The notes under the pieces: generated by a model
Databases searched by the model: none
Told to the model about the DNA's origin: nothing
What the model saw: only the letters and a program-made list of their open reading frames with translations
Translations under genes and position numbers: made by a program
Shown: positions 1 through 11,856 of the stretch, one piece after another
Numbering within the stretch: position 1 is the first letter of the stretch
Layout of the letters: each line of letters starts with the position of its first letter
Source of the DNA: Torpedo marmorata
Lineage: Eukaryota
DNA: 64,000 bases
Assembly (NCBI GenBank): GCA_977017645.1
Contig: OZ360222.1
Coordinates: 134,974,001 to 135,038,000, forward strand
Direction: 5' to 3'

Positions 1-470
1 AAGAGTCCTTAAATGAGTCCCTGATTGAATTTGTTGTAGAGGTATCTAATGTGGAGGGGTAGCAACTGTTCCTGAACCTGGTGGTGCAAGTCTTGTGGCA
101 GCTATACTTCTTTCCTGATGGCAGCAGCGAGAACAGAGCATGTGCTGGGTGATGTCGATCCTTGATAAATTGCTGCTGCTCTCTGACAGCAGCATTCCCT
201 GCAGATGTTCTCGGAGATGGGGAGGGTTTTACCTGGGATGTCCTCGGCTGTGTTCACTACCTTTTGCAGGGCTTTATGCTCAGGGGTATTGGTGTCCCCA
301 TACCAGACCGTGATGCAACCGGTCAGCACACTTTCCACCATACATCTGTAGAGATTTGTCAGGGTTTCCAATGTCATACCAAACCTCCACAAACTCCTGA
401 GGAAGTAGAGGCGCTGACATGCTTTCTTCACGATGCCATTAGTGTGTTGGGACCAGGAAAGATCCTCCAT
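1..470 (-). mobile_element. Rex1/Babar-type LINE 3' fragment
   Basis: SWSQHTNGIVKKACQRLYFLRSL...ESVLTGCITVWYG, the RT C-terminal region; same family as 31120-31354, 36672-36834 and 40013-40300. Confidence 0.8.
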
Positions 471-1499
471 CTTTCTTACACTTCTACAGGATTTTGCATG
501 GTTGTCAGATTATTAACAGTGAGGAAACTGGAGAGATTCAGAAAGCCCCTCCCCATTCTCATCGTATCCCCATCCCCAGACATTTATGGTGAATGTTACA
601 TTCATTAACAGATTTCATAACAATCAATGGAACAGCAACAATGTGTGCTTCATTTTCCTCCACTCCAGCCTTACTTGCAGAGATTTCTATTGGAGGAGGA
701 CTGTTCACACATACCCCCCTCTACTTCATTGACTATATCTGCCTTGGAAAAGCAGCCAACATACCACAAAACTCATCCCATCCCAGCAACACATTCTTCA
801 CCGCACCCCCATAGGAAAAAGATTGGCACATACCAGATCACGTACCTCCAGATTCAAGGACAGTTTCTTTCTAGTCATGATCATACTCCTAAATTAACCT
901 CAAAATAGTAAAATTATGCTGCCTTTTGTCCGTGCCAACTTATTTCTCTCTGTAACTCTGCACTCTTGAACTATGTAAGAGATTTGAACTGGTCAGCTCG
1001 CAAAAGAACCTCTATCGCTATAGTTTGGCATGCGTCAATGAATTTGGAATTTGAAAATAACCCAGCAATTATTGACTCCACATTGAAAGGTTGAAGCAAG
1101 TAATTCAGAAATGTTATGGGTGGAATTAAAAGCCATTATTGTTTGTGTTTTTAATTTCATTATTGCCTACTGCTTTAACAGCTTCCTTCATCTTATTTGC
1201 AGAGGAGTTGCAATGACTGCTTTCCTCACTCGTTCAAAAGCAGTGGTAAACACCTTTTCAACTGAGGAGCACAGATATAGGGGGAAAAATGGAGGAAGTT
1301 TATGGCTGGTAAAGTTGCTCTGCAGATGCAGGTTAAGTAGCAGAACACACATTAATGCTTCTAACTGCAATGGATTAAGCAGCAGCAAAGTTTCAGTTGC
1401 ACTAGTACCCCAAATTGGAGGTCATTGGTTCCTCTCCAGAAACCTGACTATATTTGACATTCCAGTGCTACAGACATTTCCCTGGAAAAATGATACCAA

Positions 1500-2700
1500 A
1501 GATGGATATGGCCATACACACCCTCTTTTAATGTCACAAAAGCTTTTGAATCTAACCAGGAGGGTCTGCAGAACACGCTCTTCAAATACACTGCCTGCAG
1601 AAAATTGTCTCCATTTAATGTTTGCTTTATCAAGGCACACAAGCCATGATCCCAACCATGATCTCAGGCAATCTGCTGTCAAATTAGGTCAAGCCATTGC
1701 AGTGAAACAAGCTTCCTGCTATAGTATAGTTATCCTACACAATAAATGGAAGCTGTTCAAACAACATTGCATCAAATCTGTAAATATTGTTATCCCAGCC
1801 TGTGGACAAGCTGCAATTTGCAGATGACCCTTGCATTTGCAAGTGCTTGAAGGCTGATCTCAAAATAATTGTCAACTCATTCACTAAATTCTATGAGGAT
1901 AAGCATTCCATTCAACATCTGCAAAACAAAGATACCCTACAAATCTGCCACAGCAATGCAATACTACCCACTGCCAAAGGCAATTTAAGATAGTGGAAGC
2001 CACCTTGAAGCAATGGCACAAGGTTCACTATTAGCGCACCAGCATAGCCTCTGGCCATTTTAGAAAAAATGTACTTGAAGATTAAAACCACCAACCCAGA
2101 ACATAATTCATGATCTATCACACAACTCTATTATATGCTAAGTATTGGCACTTAAAAGCACTCGAGAAATCCCACCAATGCCAAATCTTCCATATTTGAC
2201 TCTGGAAGGACCAGCATCATCTCCAAGACCAATATCCCCACCAATGGCCTTAATTATATTCAATCTGCTCCACTGGCCAAGACATGTCATTTACATGCCG
2301 ACACCAGATACAAACAGTATTCTAGGAGAGGAAAAGTTTCAAGGATATTCTCGGAATCAAGGAGATTCTGAAAAAAATGCAACATCTCCACTTGACTCCC
2401 AGGAAATTTGGGCCTACAACCACTCAAAGTACATTTGAGATGGCACTGAGAACAGAGCCCAAGCACATGGGCTCCCAGTGTAAATGGCAAAAGGAGCACA
2501 TTACCTTGAACAACATACCCACCTATTAAATTCCTCCTGGAGGACTCTGCAGGCCTTACATTGACCTCAGTCACTTCAGAACCCACCAAAAAAAATGTGG
2601 AGTGAAAATATGTCATCCCTAATCTCAAGAGAACCACCCATGAAAGGAGTGATGAGCCTCATGGTCAAGAACTGTACAGACAACGCATCTCTCTTGCTTG
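1500..2700 (+). mobile_element. Highly degraded RTE-like LINE
   Basis: KLQFADD (~1808-1828) and broken LKALEK.H / L.W..HV..MP motifs typical of the RTE ORF C-terminus; boundaries approximate. Confidence 0.55.
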
Positions 2701-2836
2701 TCATAAAGTGCACAGTCTAGTCTCTGGAATATTGAAAGTAGATAAGAATGCATGCTCTTATAAAATACGAGCACATATAAAAAGTGTATAACAATTTTTA
2801 ACGTTCAACTATATCAACAATAATTAAAGAGCCTAC

Positions 2837-2953
2837 CTGTGATTGGATTAACTTCAAATAGCCCATAGTAAGCATCGGCCACAAACAGAGTACCATTTGG
2901 GCCGACCCGGATGCCCAAAGGTCTTCCACAGGTTGGTTCATCTTCTCTTGTTC
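2837..2953 (-). CDS. APMAP: APMAP exon 5 (gene continues left of the window)
   Basis: cctag| (G)TREDEPTCGRPLGIRVGPNGTLFVADAYYGLFEVNPIT |gtaggc; 117 bp; CGRPLG...ADAY motif. Confidence 0.96.
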
Positions 2954-3272
2954 CTAGGTACGAGGTAAAGGTACTAATAATATCAAGGATTGATCGGTAG
3001 TCAATTAGAAGCCAAAAAAGTAGCATGGGAGAGAAAAGTAATATTCTTAAAGCAGAATTTTTGACGTACTGTGGAAAAAATAAACTAATTTTCTAATCAC
3101 CCCAACTAATAGGAAGTAGCGTACTTGTTTCACACAGTTGAACAATAAAAGTATTGAAACAAAATATTTCTAAAGTACCAGTATCTTGCTAAAGATCACA
3201 ATGTTATTGCAGAAATATTTATGTGCAACTCTATGCAAAAACAATCCTCGTATTATAGTAATAATCTCTTAC

Positions 3273-3365
3273 CACATGGGAGTTTGCCTATCCTTGACAG
3301 GGTATGTATTTTTCCATCAATTATTTTTAAAATTAGTCCATCAGCTGTTCCAGTGAATATCACAT
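3273..3365 (-). CDS. APMAP: APMAP exon 4
   Basis: ctctgcag| DVIFTGTADGLILKIIDGKIHTLSRIGKLPC(G) |gtaaga; 93 bp; too short for the ORF track. Confidence 0.94.
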
Positions 3366-4353
3366 CTGCAGAGATCCCACAGAGAATTCAGATCACTTAA
3401 TTTCCCCAAAAGAGGAGCAAAAATAGTAAATTAGTTAACAAGTCTGCAGATGCTGTGATTGTAATTTAATACACAAAAGTGTTGGAGAAACTCAGCAAGT
3501 CACGCAGCGTTTTTTATGGCAAAGATACATAAAACAACGATTCGGGCCTAAGCCCTTCGTCAAACACAAGCAAAAAGCAGGCAGGTGCCTGAATAAAATA
3601 GCGGGGGGAGGGCAGAGTGAGAAGCACAGGCCCACACGCAAGAGGTCATAGGTGGATATGGGTGAGAGGGCATAAGAGAAAAAGCTAGGAAGGGATAGGG
3701 GGAGGGGATAGCTTTCTGAATGGAGAAGGAAGGGGGTGAGGAACTGAAGGAAAAGAGACAGAGGGGATAGGGAAAGAGAGAAACATAGGGAAGGGGCCAA
3801 ACAGAAACCGGAGAAGTCGATGTTAATGCCATCTGGTTGGAGAGTACCCTGACGGAATATTAGGTGTTTTTCTTCCAATTTGCAGGTGGCCTCGGTTTGG
3901 CAGTGCATGAGGCCATGGACAGACACGTCGGCATAAGAGTGGGGCATGAATTTGAAATGGTTGGCCACTGGGAGGTCCCTGCTAATTATTGGACAGAGCA
4001 AAGGTCCTCAACAAAACGTCTCCCAGTCTGCGTCCAGTCTCTCCGATTTGGAGGAGGCCACAATGGGAGCACCGAATGCAGTAGATGACCCCTGCAGATT
4101 CACAAGTGTTGCATCACTTGGGAGGACTGTTTGGGGCCCCGAATGGTGGTGAGGGAGGAGGTGTGGGTGCAAGTGTAGTATTTCCTGCGGTCTCAGGGGA
4201 AGGTAAAGGGGGAAAATCAGTGGGAAGGGATAGGTGGATGAGGGAGTCACAGAGGGAGTGGTCCCTGCAGAAGGCAGAAGGGGAAAGATTTGTCTGGTGG
4301 AGGGATTATGTTGCAAGTGGTGGAAATTGTGGAGGATAATATGCTGGATCTGT

Positions 4354-5424
4354 CGCATCTGTTCCCAAGATGAGGTGTTCCACTCCAGATCTTCTGAAAT
4401 GTCTGCCTTTTTCCACAAACGTGGCTTCCCCTCCACCACCATCAACTCAGCCCTCACCCGCATCTCCTCCATTTCCCGCTCATCTGCCCTGGCCCCCTCT
4501 GCCCCCAGACGCAACAAACATAGAATACCCCTCATCCTCACCTACCACCCCACCAGCCTCCGCATCCAACACATTATCCGCCGGAATTTCCGGCACTTGC
4601 TGCAGGATCCCACCACCAGACACATTTTTCCTTCTCCTCCCCTCTCGGCCTTCCGTAGGGACTGCTCCCTCCGCGATTCACTTGTGCACTCATCCCTCCC
4701 CACCCATCGCACCCCCGGAACCTTCCCCTGTGCCCGCAGGAGGTGCAACACCTGCGCCCACACCTCCCCCCTCACCACGGTCCAGGGCCACAAACAGGCC
4801 TTCCAAGTGAAACTACACTTCACTTGTACATCTAGAGGACTTATTTACTGCATCCGGTGCTCCCTTTGTGGCTTTCTATACATTGGAGAGACCGGTCGTA
4901 GATTGGGAGATCGCTTTGCTGAGCACCTCCTCTCCGTCCGCAACAACAGCGACCTCCCAGTAGCCAATCATTTCAATTCTGGGTCACACTCCCACACTCA
5001 CATGTCTGTCCATGGCCTCATGTACTATCCCACCCAGACTACCCGCAAATTGGAGGAACAACATCTCATATTCCGTCTCGGCACTCTCCAGCCAGATGGC
5101 ATTAACATTGACTTTTCTGCTTTCCACTAAACCTGCTTGTTGTTCCCTTCCCCTCCCCCCTCACCTGTCCTTCCTGTTTTTTTCCACCCACCCAGCCATC
5201 CCTCCTCCCCCTCTTTACTGCTGTCCCCTCCCTCCTTTCTCCACCTATCATCTCCTGCCTTTGCCACCCCCCTTCCCCCCTCACTCCTTTGTTCGGACGC
5301 CTGCCGGCATTTTCTCATACTTTGATGAAGGGCTCAAGCCCGAAACGTCGGTTATGTATTTCTACCTTTGCTACATAAAAGACACTGTTTGACCTGCTGA
5401 GTTCTCCAGCTTTTGTGTTTTTTA
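4354..5424 (+). mobile_element. Younger 5'-truncated Penelope-like element with open GIY-YIG frame and pLTR
   Basis: ORF open to 5130: FTCTSRGLIYCIRCSLCGFLYIGETGRRLGDRFAEHL; 13-bp flanking duplication ATGCTGGATCTGT at 4341-4353 and 5425-5437. Confidence 0.9.
5316..5356 (+). ncRNA. Minimal type I hammerhead ribozyme motif in Penelope pLTR
   Basis: CAUACU-UUGAUGA-A-GGGCU-CA-AGCCC-GAAA-CGUC/GGUUAUG: core with C3U, stem II, palindromic ACGU stem III, stem I with one bulge. Confidence 0.7.
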
Positions 5425-6589
5425 ATGCTGGATCTGTAGTCTGGTGTGGTGGTAGGTAAGGATAATTGGAATACTGTCCTTGATGAGTCTAGGGGCAAAG
5501 GGAGCCAGGGAAAGGGCTGAATTGATGGTGGTAGAGGCAAAGCCACATTTTTTTGAAGAAGGAGGACATCTCAGATGACCTGGAATGGAAGACCTCATCC
5601 TGGGAGCAATTGTGCCGGAGATTGAAAATTTGAGAGAAAGGAATAGAATCCTGACAGGGTGTGAAGAGGTGTAGTCGAGCTAACTGTGGGACTTGGTGGG
5701 TTTTTAGAAAATGTCTGTGGTGAGTTTGTCTCCCACGACAGAGCAGAGATCAAAATAGTGTAGAATGTTACTAGAGATGGACCAAGTGAATTTGAGGTTG
5801 GAGTGAAAGATAGCAGCAAAGTGGATATGTTGATGAGCTCATGGATGCATGAGGCAGCACCAATGTAGTCGTCAATGTAGCGGAGGAAGAGTTTAGAAGC
5901 CTTGCCCCCGTAGGCTTGTAGTATGGATTGCTCCACATAGCCAAAAAAAGGCAAGCTGGGACCCATGTAGGTATCCATGGCAACCCCTTTGAAGAAGGAG
6001 AAAGTGGGATAAGTCAATGGAGAAGTTATTGAGGGTGAGAACAAGTTCTGCCAGGCAGAGGGTGGTCGTGGAGGGGAACTGGTTGGGTCTTTTGTTCAGA
6101 AAGAAACGAAGGGCTTTGAGACCTTCGGTATAGGGAATGGAGGGGTATAGATATTGGACATCCATAGTGAAATGAGGCTGTCGAGTTCAGGGAATTGGAA
6201 GTTGTTGAAGTGTTGGAGGGCATGCGAGGTATCGCAGATGGAGGTAGGGACAGACTGGATCAGGAGAAAAAAAAAATGGAGTAAAGGTAAGATGATATCA
6301 GTTCGTTGGGACAGGAGCACGCAGAAAAAATGAGTCTACTGGGACAATTGGGTTTGTGGATCCTGGGTAGGAGGCAAAATCAGGCAGTGCAGGGTTGGGA
6401 AACAATGAGGTTGGAGGCCATGGGAGGGAGATGACTGGACGTGATGAGTCAAAGATGGTGTGCAAGATGGTGGCTTGTTGTTTTTGGGTGGGGCCCTGTT
6501 GAAGGGGTAAGAGGAGGTGTCCGAGAGCTGTTGTCTAACTTCAGCAAGGTCGAGGTCAGTGCGGGTTGGATCGTGAGGCAAGGATTGGA

Positions 6590-7545
6590 TCTCACTCCCT
6601 CAGAGCGCTCTGCCCTCTGTCCACACTGATCCCCACCTCCTGCCTCCTCCCGACACCCTCTGACCCCCCACTCTAACCCCTGCCTGATCTTTATTATCCC
6701 CTCCGACCTTCCCCTCTCGGAGACGGAACGCTTTGTCCTCAGTAGAGGCCTCATCTTCGTTCCCCCTTCGCCAATACCCCAACGAGTTCCGCGCATGCCA
6801 CAATGCCAAACTCTTCTTCTATTGTCTCAGTCTCCGTGCCCACTTCTTCCACAAGGATTCTCCACCCCCCCCCCCCACTGAAGACCCCTTCTCCTGCCAT
6901 AAGCCATCCTTCTCTTGGACACTTCGCCCTTGCTTTCTGCAAAAAGGAAGATCATTTTGTTGAGCACCTACGCTCTGTCCGCTGCAATAGCAGGGAATTT
7001 CCAGTGGCCAACCATTTCAATTCTGCACCCCACTCCCACGCCGACATGTCCGTTCATGGCCTCATGCACTGTCAAACCAAGGCTACCCGCAAATTGGAGG
7101 AGCAACACCTAATATTCTGTCTGGGCACTCTCCAACCAGATGGCATTAACATTGTCTTCTCCAGTTTCCGTTAGGCCCCTCCCTGTCTCCCTCTCTTTCC
7201 CTATCCCTGTCTCCCTCTCTTTCCCTATCCCTGTCTCCCTCTCTTTCCCTATCCCTGTCTCCCTCTCTTTCCCTATCCCTGTCTCCTTTGCTCCTGCTCC
7301 CCAACCCCTTCCCTCTCCATTCGGAGAGCTATCCCCTCTCCCTATCAGTTCCCAGACTTTTTCTCTTCTGCCCTCCCAACCTGTGTTCCTCTCCCTTTCC
7401 CACCCCCCACCATTTTATTCAGGCACCTGCATGCTTTTTGCTTGTGCCTTGATGAACAGCTCAGGCCCGAAGCATTGGTTATGTATCTTTGCTAATGAAG
7501 AACGCTGTGTGACCTGCTGAGTTTCTCAGCACTTTTGTGAATTTA
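6590..7545 (+). mobile_element. Inverted, internally deleted Penelope segment with degenerate pLTR
   Basis: N-terminal IPSDLPLSETERFVLSRGL joined to C-terminal EHLRSV..PVANHFN..KLEEQHLIF; decayed hammerhead-like motif at ~7448-7480. Confidence 0.75.
7180..7285 (+). repeat. 24-bp tandem repeat (CCCTGTCTCCCTCTCTTTCCCTAT), about 4 copies
   Basis: Visible tandem copies; translate as PVSLSFPI repeats. Confidence 0.9.
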
Positions 7546-8756
7546 AAAAATTAGTAATTCTCAGCTTTAAATTTTATTCAGAAACAGAATGCATGCTTTA
7601 TATATCCCTTCATAATCTCGAAAGTCCCAGAGTTATTTACGATTATGTACTTTTTAAAGTGTTTATAATGTAGAGAAAGTTCTGCTGCCAATTTACACAG
7701 AGAAAGTTATCACAAAAACCAAAGTGATCATGACTAGATAATCTTTATACAGCTTTTTTAGCTGAAGAACAAGTTATTGCCCTGGCCAACCAAGAGAAAC
7801 CTCAAACTCTTTTTCAAATGCTGCCAATGGAATTTCTACATCAACCAGAGTGGTTAGTTAGGGCTTATCTCATGCACAAGACAGTAGCCTGATGCTGCAG
7901 TGCCATCAGTGTCAGCATGCAGTTTGTACCTAGCCTTGTAATAGGATTTGTACCATAAAAAGGTGAGATGCTAACTATTGAGCCACAATTCACCTTCAGG
8001 TTTTTTTAAAATACTACATTTCATGAGTACATGCTTGTGCTAGACAAAGCATACACCAAACCTCCTTCACTAACCCCTCAGACAGTGTATTCCAGATTCC
8101 AACACCCACTGGGTAAAACATTCTTTCTCAAATCCCCTCTAAACCTCATACTCTGAATCTCTACCCTCTAGTTTAGACAATTTTATAAAGAAGTTGGCAC
8201 CCAAAAAATAGGTTTCCTTTACATTACTGAATTTGCATTTACTGATTGGTTTAGAACAGGACATTATTGTAGCCTTTACAGCCTCACTCTCATGCTCTTT
8301 ACAAAACTCATTCCAAAATGAAGCCGTGAATTCTGCAACAGCTTATATTTAAACAATCAATGTGACAAACAGTTAATACAAGTGAAATCTAACCAACATT
8401 TAATTAGCTGGTTCATTAATCCCTTGTTTCCAAAACTTGAGAAATCCATATTAAATTTAGATGTATACCAAAAGGAAGAATATATAGGGCTATGAAGAGA
8501 GAAAACAGGATGAATGTTAATTGATAGTTCTTTGAATTAATACCAATACTGTATTATAGGCTGAATGGTGGTTTTCTGTGTTTCACAATTCAATGAAATA
8601 TGATAAAAAGCTTCCTTTGACTGAGATCTGATTGTATTTATTGATTTGATTAAATACCAAATATATAATTGGATAAACTGAAAGTCAATCACAAGATCTG
8701 CTCATTTAAAAGGTTCATGGAATATCAATCACCCATTTTTACAAAAATATAATATA

Positions 8757-9728
8757 CCGTATATTTCGGCGTATAAGTCGACCCTTGAAACCCTCAAAAA
8801 TGTCTCAAAAAACGGGGGTCGACTTATACGCCGGATATACTTTTGAGATCTTAAAATCAGCTCAAAATCGAGTTCACGCCGATTCGGCGTATAAGTCGAC
8901 CCCTGAAAACACGATTCAGCGTATAGGTCGACCCTGGAAGCGCCTCCCCACCGCCGGCGCCGCCGCTCCCCGACACCTCCCCACCGCCGGGCGCCGCCAT
9001 AAACCACCCAGACATTCTACAATTGTAGAGTCCGAGGTCCCCGCTCCTACCCGGGAGAACGAGGTCGCCGCTCCTGCCCGGGAGAAAGACGTCCCCGCTC
9101 CTGCCCGGGAGAAAGACGTCCCCGCTCCTGCTCGGGAGAACGAGCTCCCCGCTCCTGCTCGGGAGAACGAGCTCCCCGCTCCTGCTCGGGAGAACGAGCT
9201 CCCCGCTCCTGCTCGGGAGAACGAGCTCCCCGCTCCTACCCGGGAGAAAGACGTCCCCGCTCCTGCTCGGGAGAACGAGCTCTCCGCTCCTGCTCGGGAG
9301 AACGAGCTCTCCGCTCCTGCTCGGGAGAACGAGCTCCCCGCTACTACCCGGGAGAAAGACGTCCCCGCTCCTGCTCGGGAGAACGAGCTCCCCGCTCCTG
9401 CTCAGGAGAAAGACGTCGCTGCACCTGCATCTTCCCGGCCAGAAGCAAAGGTTTTTTTTACTGTTTTTTTTACTTACCGGTACTTGCTTAATTTACAGCT
9501 TTGTAACTTGGCGATTGGGATGTTGTAACAAATTTTGGGTTGTTGCTGGGAGGCCCAGACAGCCTGAAAATTGGGGGTCGACTTATACGCCGGTCAATGC
9601 GCAACATCTCAGGCATCGCGATTTTTGGGGTCGACTTATACGCCGGATATACCATAAAACCATTAAAATGAGGCTGAAAAAGGGGGGTCGACTTATCTGC
9701 CGGTCGACTTATACGCCGAAATATACGG
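8757..9728. mobile_element. Non-autonomous Tc1/mariner (Tc2/pogo-like) DNA transposon
   Basis: TIRs CCGTATATTTCGGCGTATAAGTCGACC / GGTCGACTTATACGCCGAAATATACGG with TA on both flanks; internal copies of GGGGTCGACTTATACGCCG. Confidence 0.88.
9034..9430 (+). repeat. 27-bp GC-rich minisatellite (GAGCTCCCCGCTCCTGCTCGGGAGAAC), about 14-15 copies
   Basis: Tandem units with two variants (translate as ELPAPAREN and DVPAPAREK). Confidence 0.92.
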
Positions 9729-9744
9729 TATATACTTGCTAGCT

Positions 9745-11010
9745 TAAATCAGTTAATGTTTCAGGTCCAAGATGGGAAATAGAAAACAAGTTACCTTTCA
9801 GAGGCAGAGATGTGGGGGAGAAATGGGTAAAACAAAGGGAATATCTCTTAGGGTGAGACATGGGTTAATGTGGCAATTTAGAATCACATGCTTTTTTGTC
9901 TTTGTTACATGTTGCCAATAGCAGGTGTGGGATGTGTTCAGCAAGCCAAACTATAGTTACAGAATTTAAAAAACTGAACCAAAACTACAGATGGATGACA
10001 GGTAAAAATGATCAATTCTGATACAGATGGAAAAATTAGTTCTTTACCCAAAAATGAATAATTTGATAGTCAGAAAGACTGCAACTTTTCCAGACAGATG
10101 AGGTGTTGCACCTCAAGCTTATTTTGCACTTCACTGTACCAGTGCAGGATGCCATAGACAGATAGAAGAGAGTCAGCATGGGATGGAGAATTAAAATGGC
10201 AGGCCATTGAAAACCTAAATTGAATGTGATTCATTCTGTATTTGGCTTCTAGGGGACAGCCTCAAGATTTAGGGGAAGTAGATTTGGGATGGAGACAAGG
10301 AGCTTTTCCCCAGAGCGTAATGAATCTGTGGAATTCTCTACCCAAGAGGCTGCCTGAATAAATATATTTAAGACACAGAGAGATTTTTGCATTGTAGGGG
10401 AATTAAGGGTTATGGAGAAAAGGCAGATAAGTGGAGCTGAGTCCACGGCCAGATCAGCCATGGTCTTATTAAACGGCAGAGCAAGATCAATGGGCCAGAT
10501 TGTCTACTCCTACTTTTTTTCCTTATTTTCCTTCAATCTATGGGAGACCACATTGTGAACAAGACATGTATTACACTAGATTGGAAGAAGTGCTTCATCT
10601 GAAAAAACCAAGTTCCTAGATGGTCGAAAGGAAAGAGAATAAAGGGCAGGTCAAACAACTCGAGCAGTTGCATGGGAAAATGCCACAAGATGGGGAATGG
10701 TTGGTAGAGATGAAAGGGCGACTAGAGAGTCTCAAAGGGAATATTCGCTTCACTTGCTCAAAGGAAAATGCGAATCTGATGGTTGAACTTTGATGGAGCT
10801 AGCAGAAATTGCAAAGAATTATCTAATGAACACGGAGGCTGATGAAATGGAAGATGACAACTAGGGTAAAACTAGGTTCTTTCTCTATCTAGAATAGAGG
10901 ATGAAAGCAGACATCCAGGAAATATACGAGATACAGTCAAGAGCTGTTCATTATGGTGGAGGGGAAATTTCCAATTTCATTTCCAATTTCCAGCATCTGC
11001 AGTTTTTTTT
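9745..11010 (-). mobile_element. Degraded Penelope-like remnant with a nested CR1 3' fragment (+, ~10250-10520)
   Basis: Weak similarity by eye to the Penelope copies above; CR1 3' end AATCTGTGGAATTCTCTACCC...GGCCAGATCAGCCATG. Confidence 0.5.
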
Positions 11011-11119
11011 TCCCATCAGTAATTTAGAATTACATTAATGAACTTGAAAACTCAATTAAGTTTCTCTTCTTAAGAAGTGTTTAGTACAGGTATTATGAAA
11101 TATAAAGGTATGTCTGTAC

Positions 11120-11235
11120 CTCCAAGGTGTGCAATAGATTCTGGTCCAAAAAGTTGTCCCTCAAGCAGGCGTTCAGCCTGTCTTAACTTAAGGTTTGCTT
11201 CCAAAGGACCAATTAGCAGGGGAGGCTCCTTATAA
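11120..11235 (-). CDS. APMAP: APMAP exon 3
   Basis: tttccag| YKEPPLLIGPLEANLKLRQAERLLEGQLFGPESIAHLG |gtacag; 116 bp; GPES motif of the strictosidine-synthase-like propeller. Confidence 0.95.
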
Positions 11236-11739
11236 CTGGAAATGAAAGGGGATGAAAATAAAACCAAATATCAACACTTTGAAGTCAGAGATTACTTCAG
11301 GAACAAACACTGACTAAATGAGCTAGAATTCTTTACAAATCTGGGAGGAAAAATGGTTTAAAGACGAGGAGTGCAGGCCTAGAAACACACATTTACAAAT
11401 AACAGATTCAACTATGAATTGCAGTGGTGGAATTCCCACCATTGTTGGATGCCGTCTGCATCTGTAACATTGATTGATAGAAAAAGCTTCACCTTTAAAA
11501 TTCCAAATTTTATTGATATTTATGCAATTACACAGCCAAAAATCATATTTACTCAATCTGCAGGATAAGAAAGACCTGAAATTTATAGGAAATAGTAATG
11601 GCCAACATAATCTATTATTAAAATTGCTTTTAATAAATTCAATTAAGCAAAAAGAAGAACAATTACCCATTCCAACCAGCCATTGTACATCTGCAACTTA
11701 CAAGCTAAAATATCTGATTCAGGGCAAATAGATCTTTAC

Positions 11740-11856
11740 CTGAAAGGTTGGGGTTTTATTGGAGACTGCAGCAGCAGTGCTGCTGTCACTAATGGAACCA
11801 CTAGTGTCACAACAAGGGTTGTCAAGGTTATCCGGAAAACCTTCCCACTATAAGCA
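11740..11856 (-). CDS. APMAP: APMAP exon 2 (type II transmembrane anchor)
   Basis: tttcttttccag| acceptor; (S)AYSGKVFRITLTTLVVTLVVPLVTAALLLQSPIKPQPF(S); |gtaaag donor; 117 bp; phase compatible with exons 1 and 3. Confidence 0.93.

Larger units (their letters stand above)
3425..6590 (-). mobile_element. Older Penelope-like element (RT, GIY-YIG, pLTR), interrupted at 4354-5424
   Basis: MDVQYLYPSIP, GVAM...MGPS, FLRYIDDYIG, LEEKHLIFRQGTLQPDGINIDFS; reading frame continues across the insertion (LTYHHTRLQ|IQHIILHNF). Confidence 0.85.

Noticed and set aside
1111-1827. 238-aa plus-strand ORF
   Set aside because: No recognisable domain; antisense within an APMAP intron and overlapping a degraded RTE remnant
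1-2836. APMAP exon 6
   Set aside because: No segment encoding the expected F.NDL.VT.DG..IYFTDSS motif was found; presumed left of the window
9034-9430. Possible CRISPR-like array (also considered for 29418-30415)
   Set aside because: Head-to-tail units with no unique spacers, no cas genes, and a vertebrate context
8785-9528. 247-aa ORF with ELPAPAREN repeats
   Set aside because: Lies inside a TIR-bounded MITE; openness is explained by the 27-bp GC-rich unit; no transposase motifs
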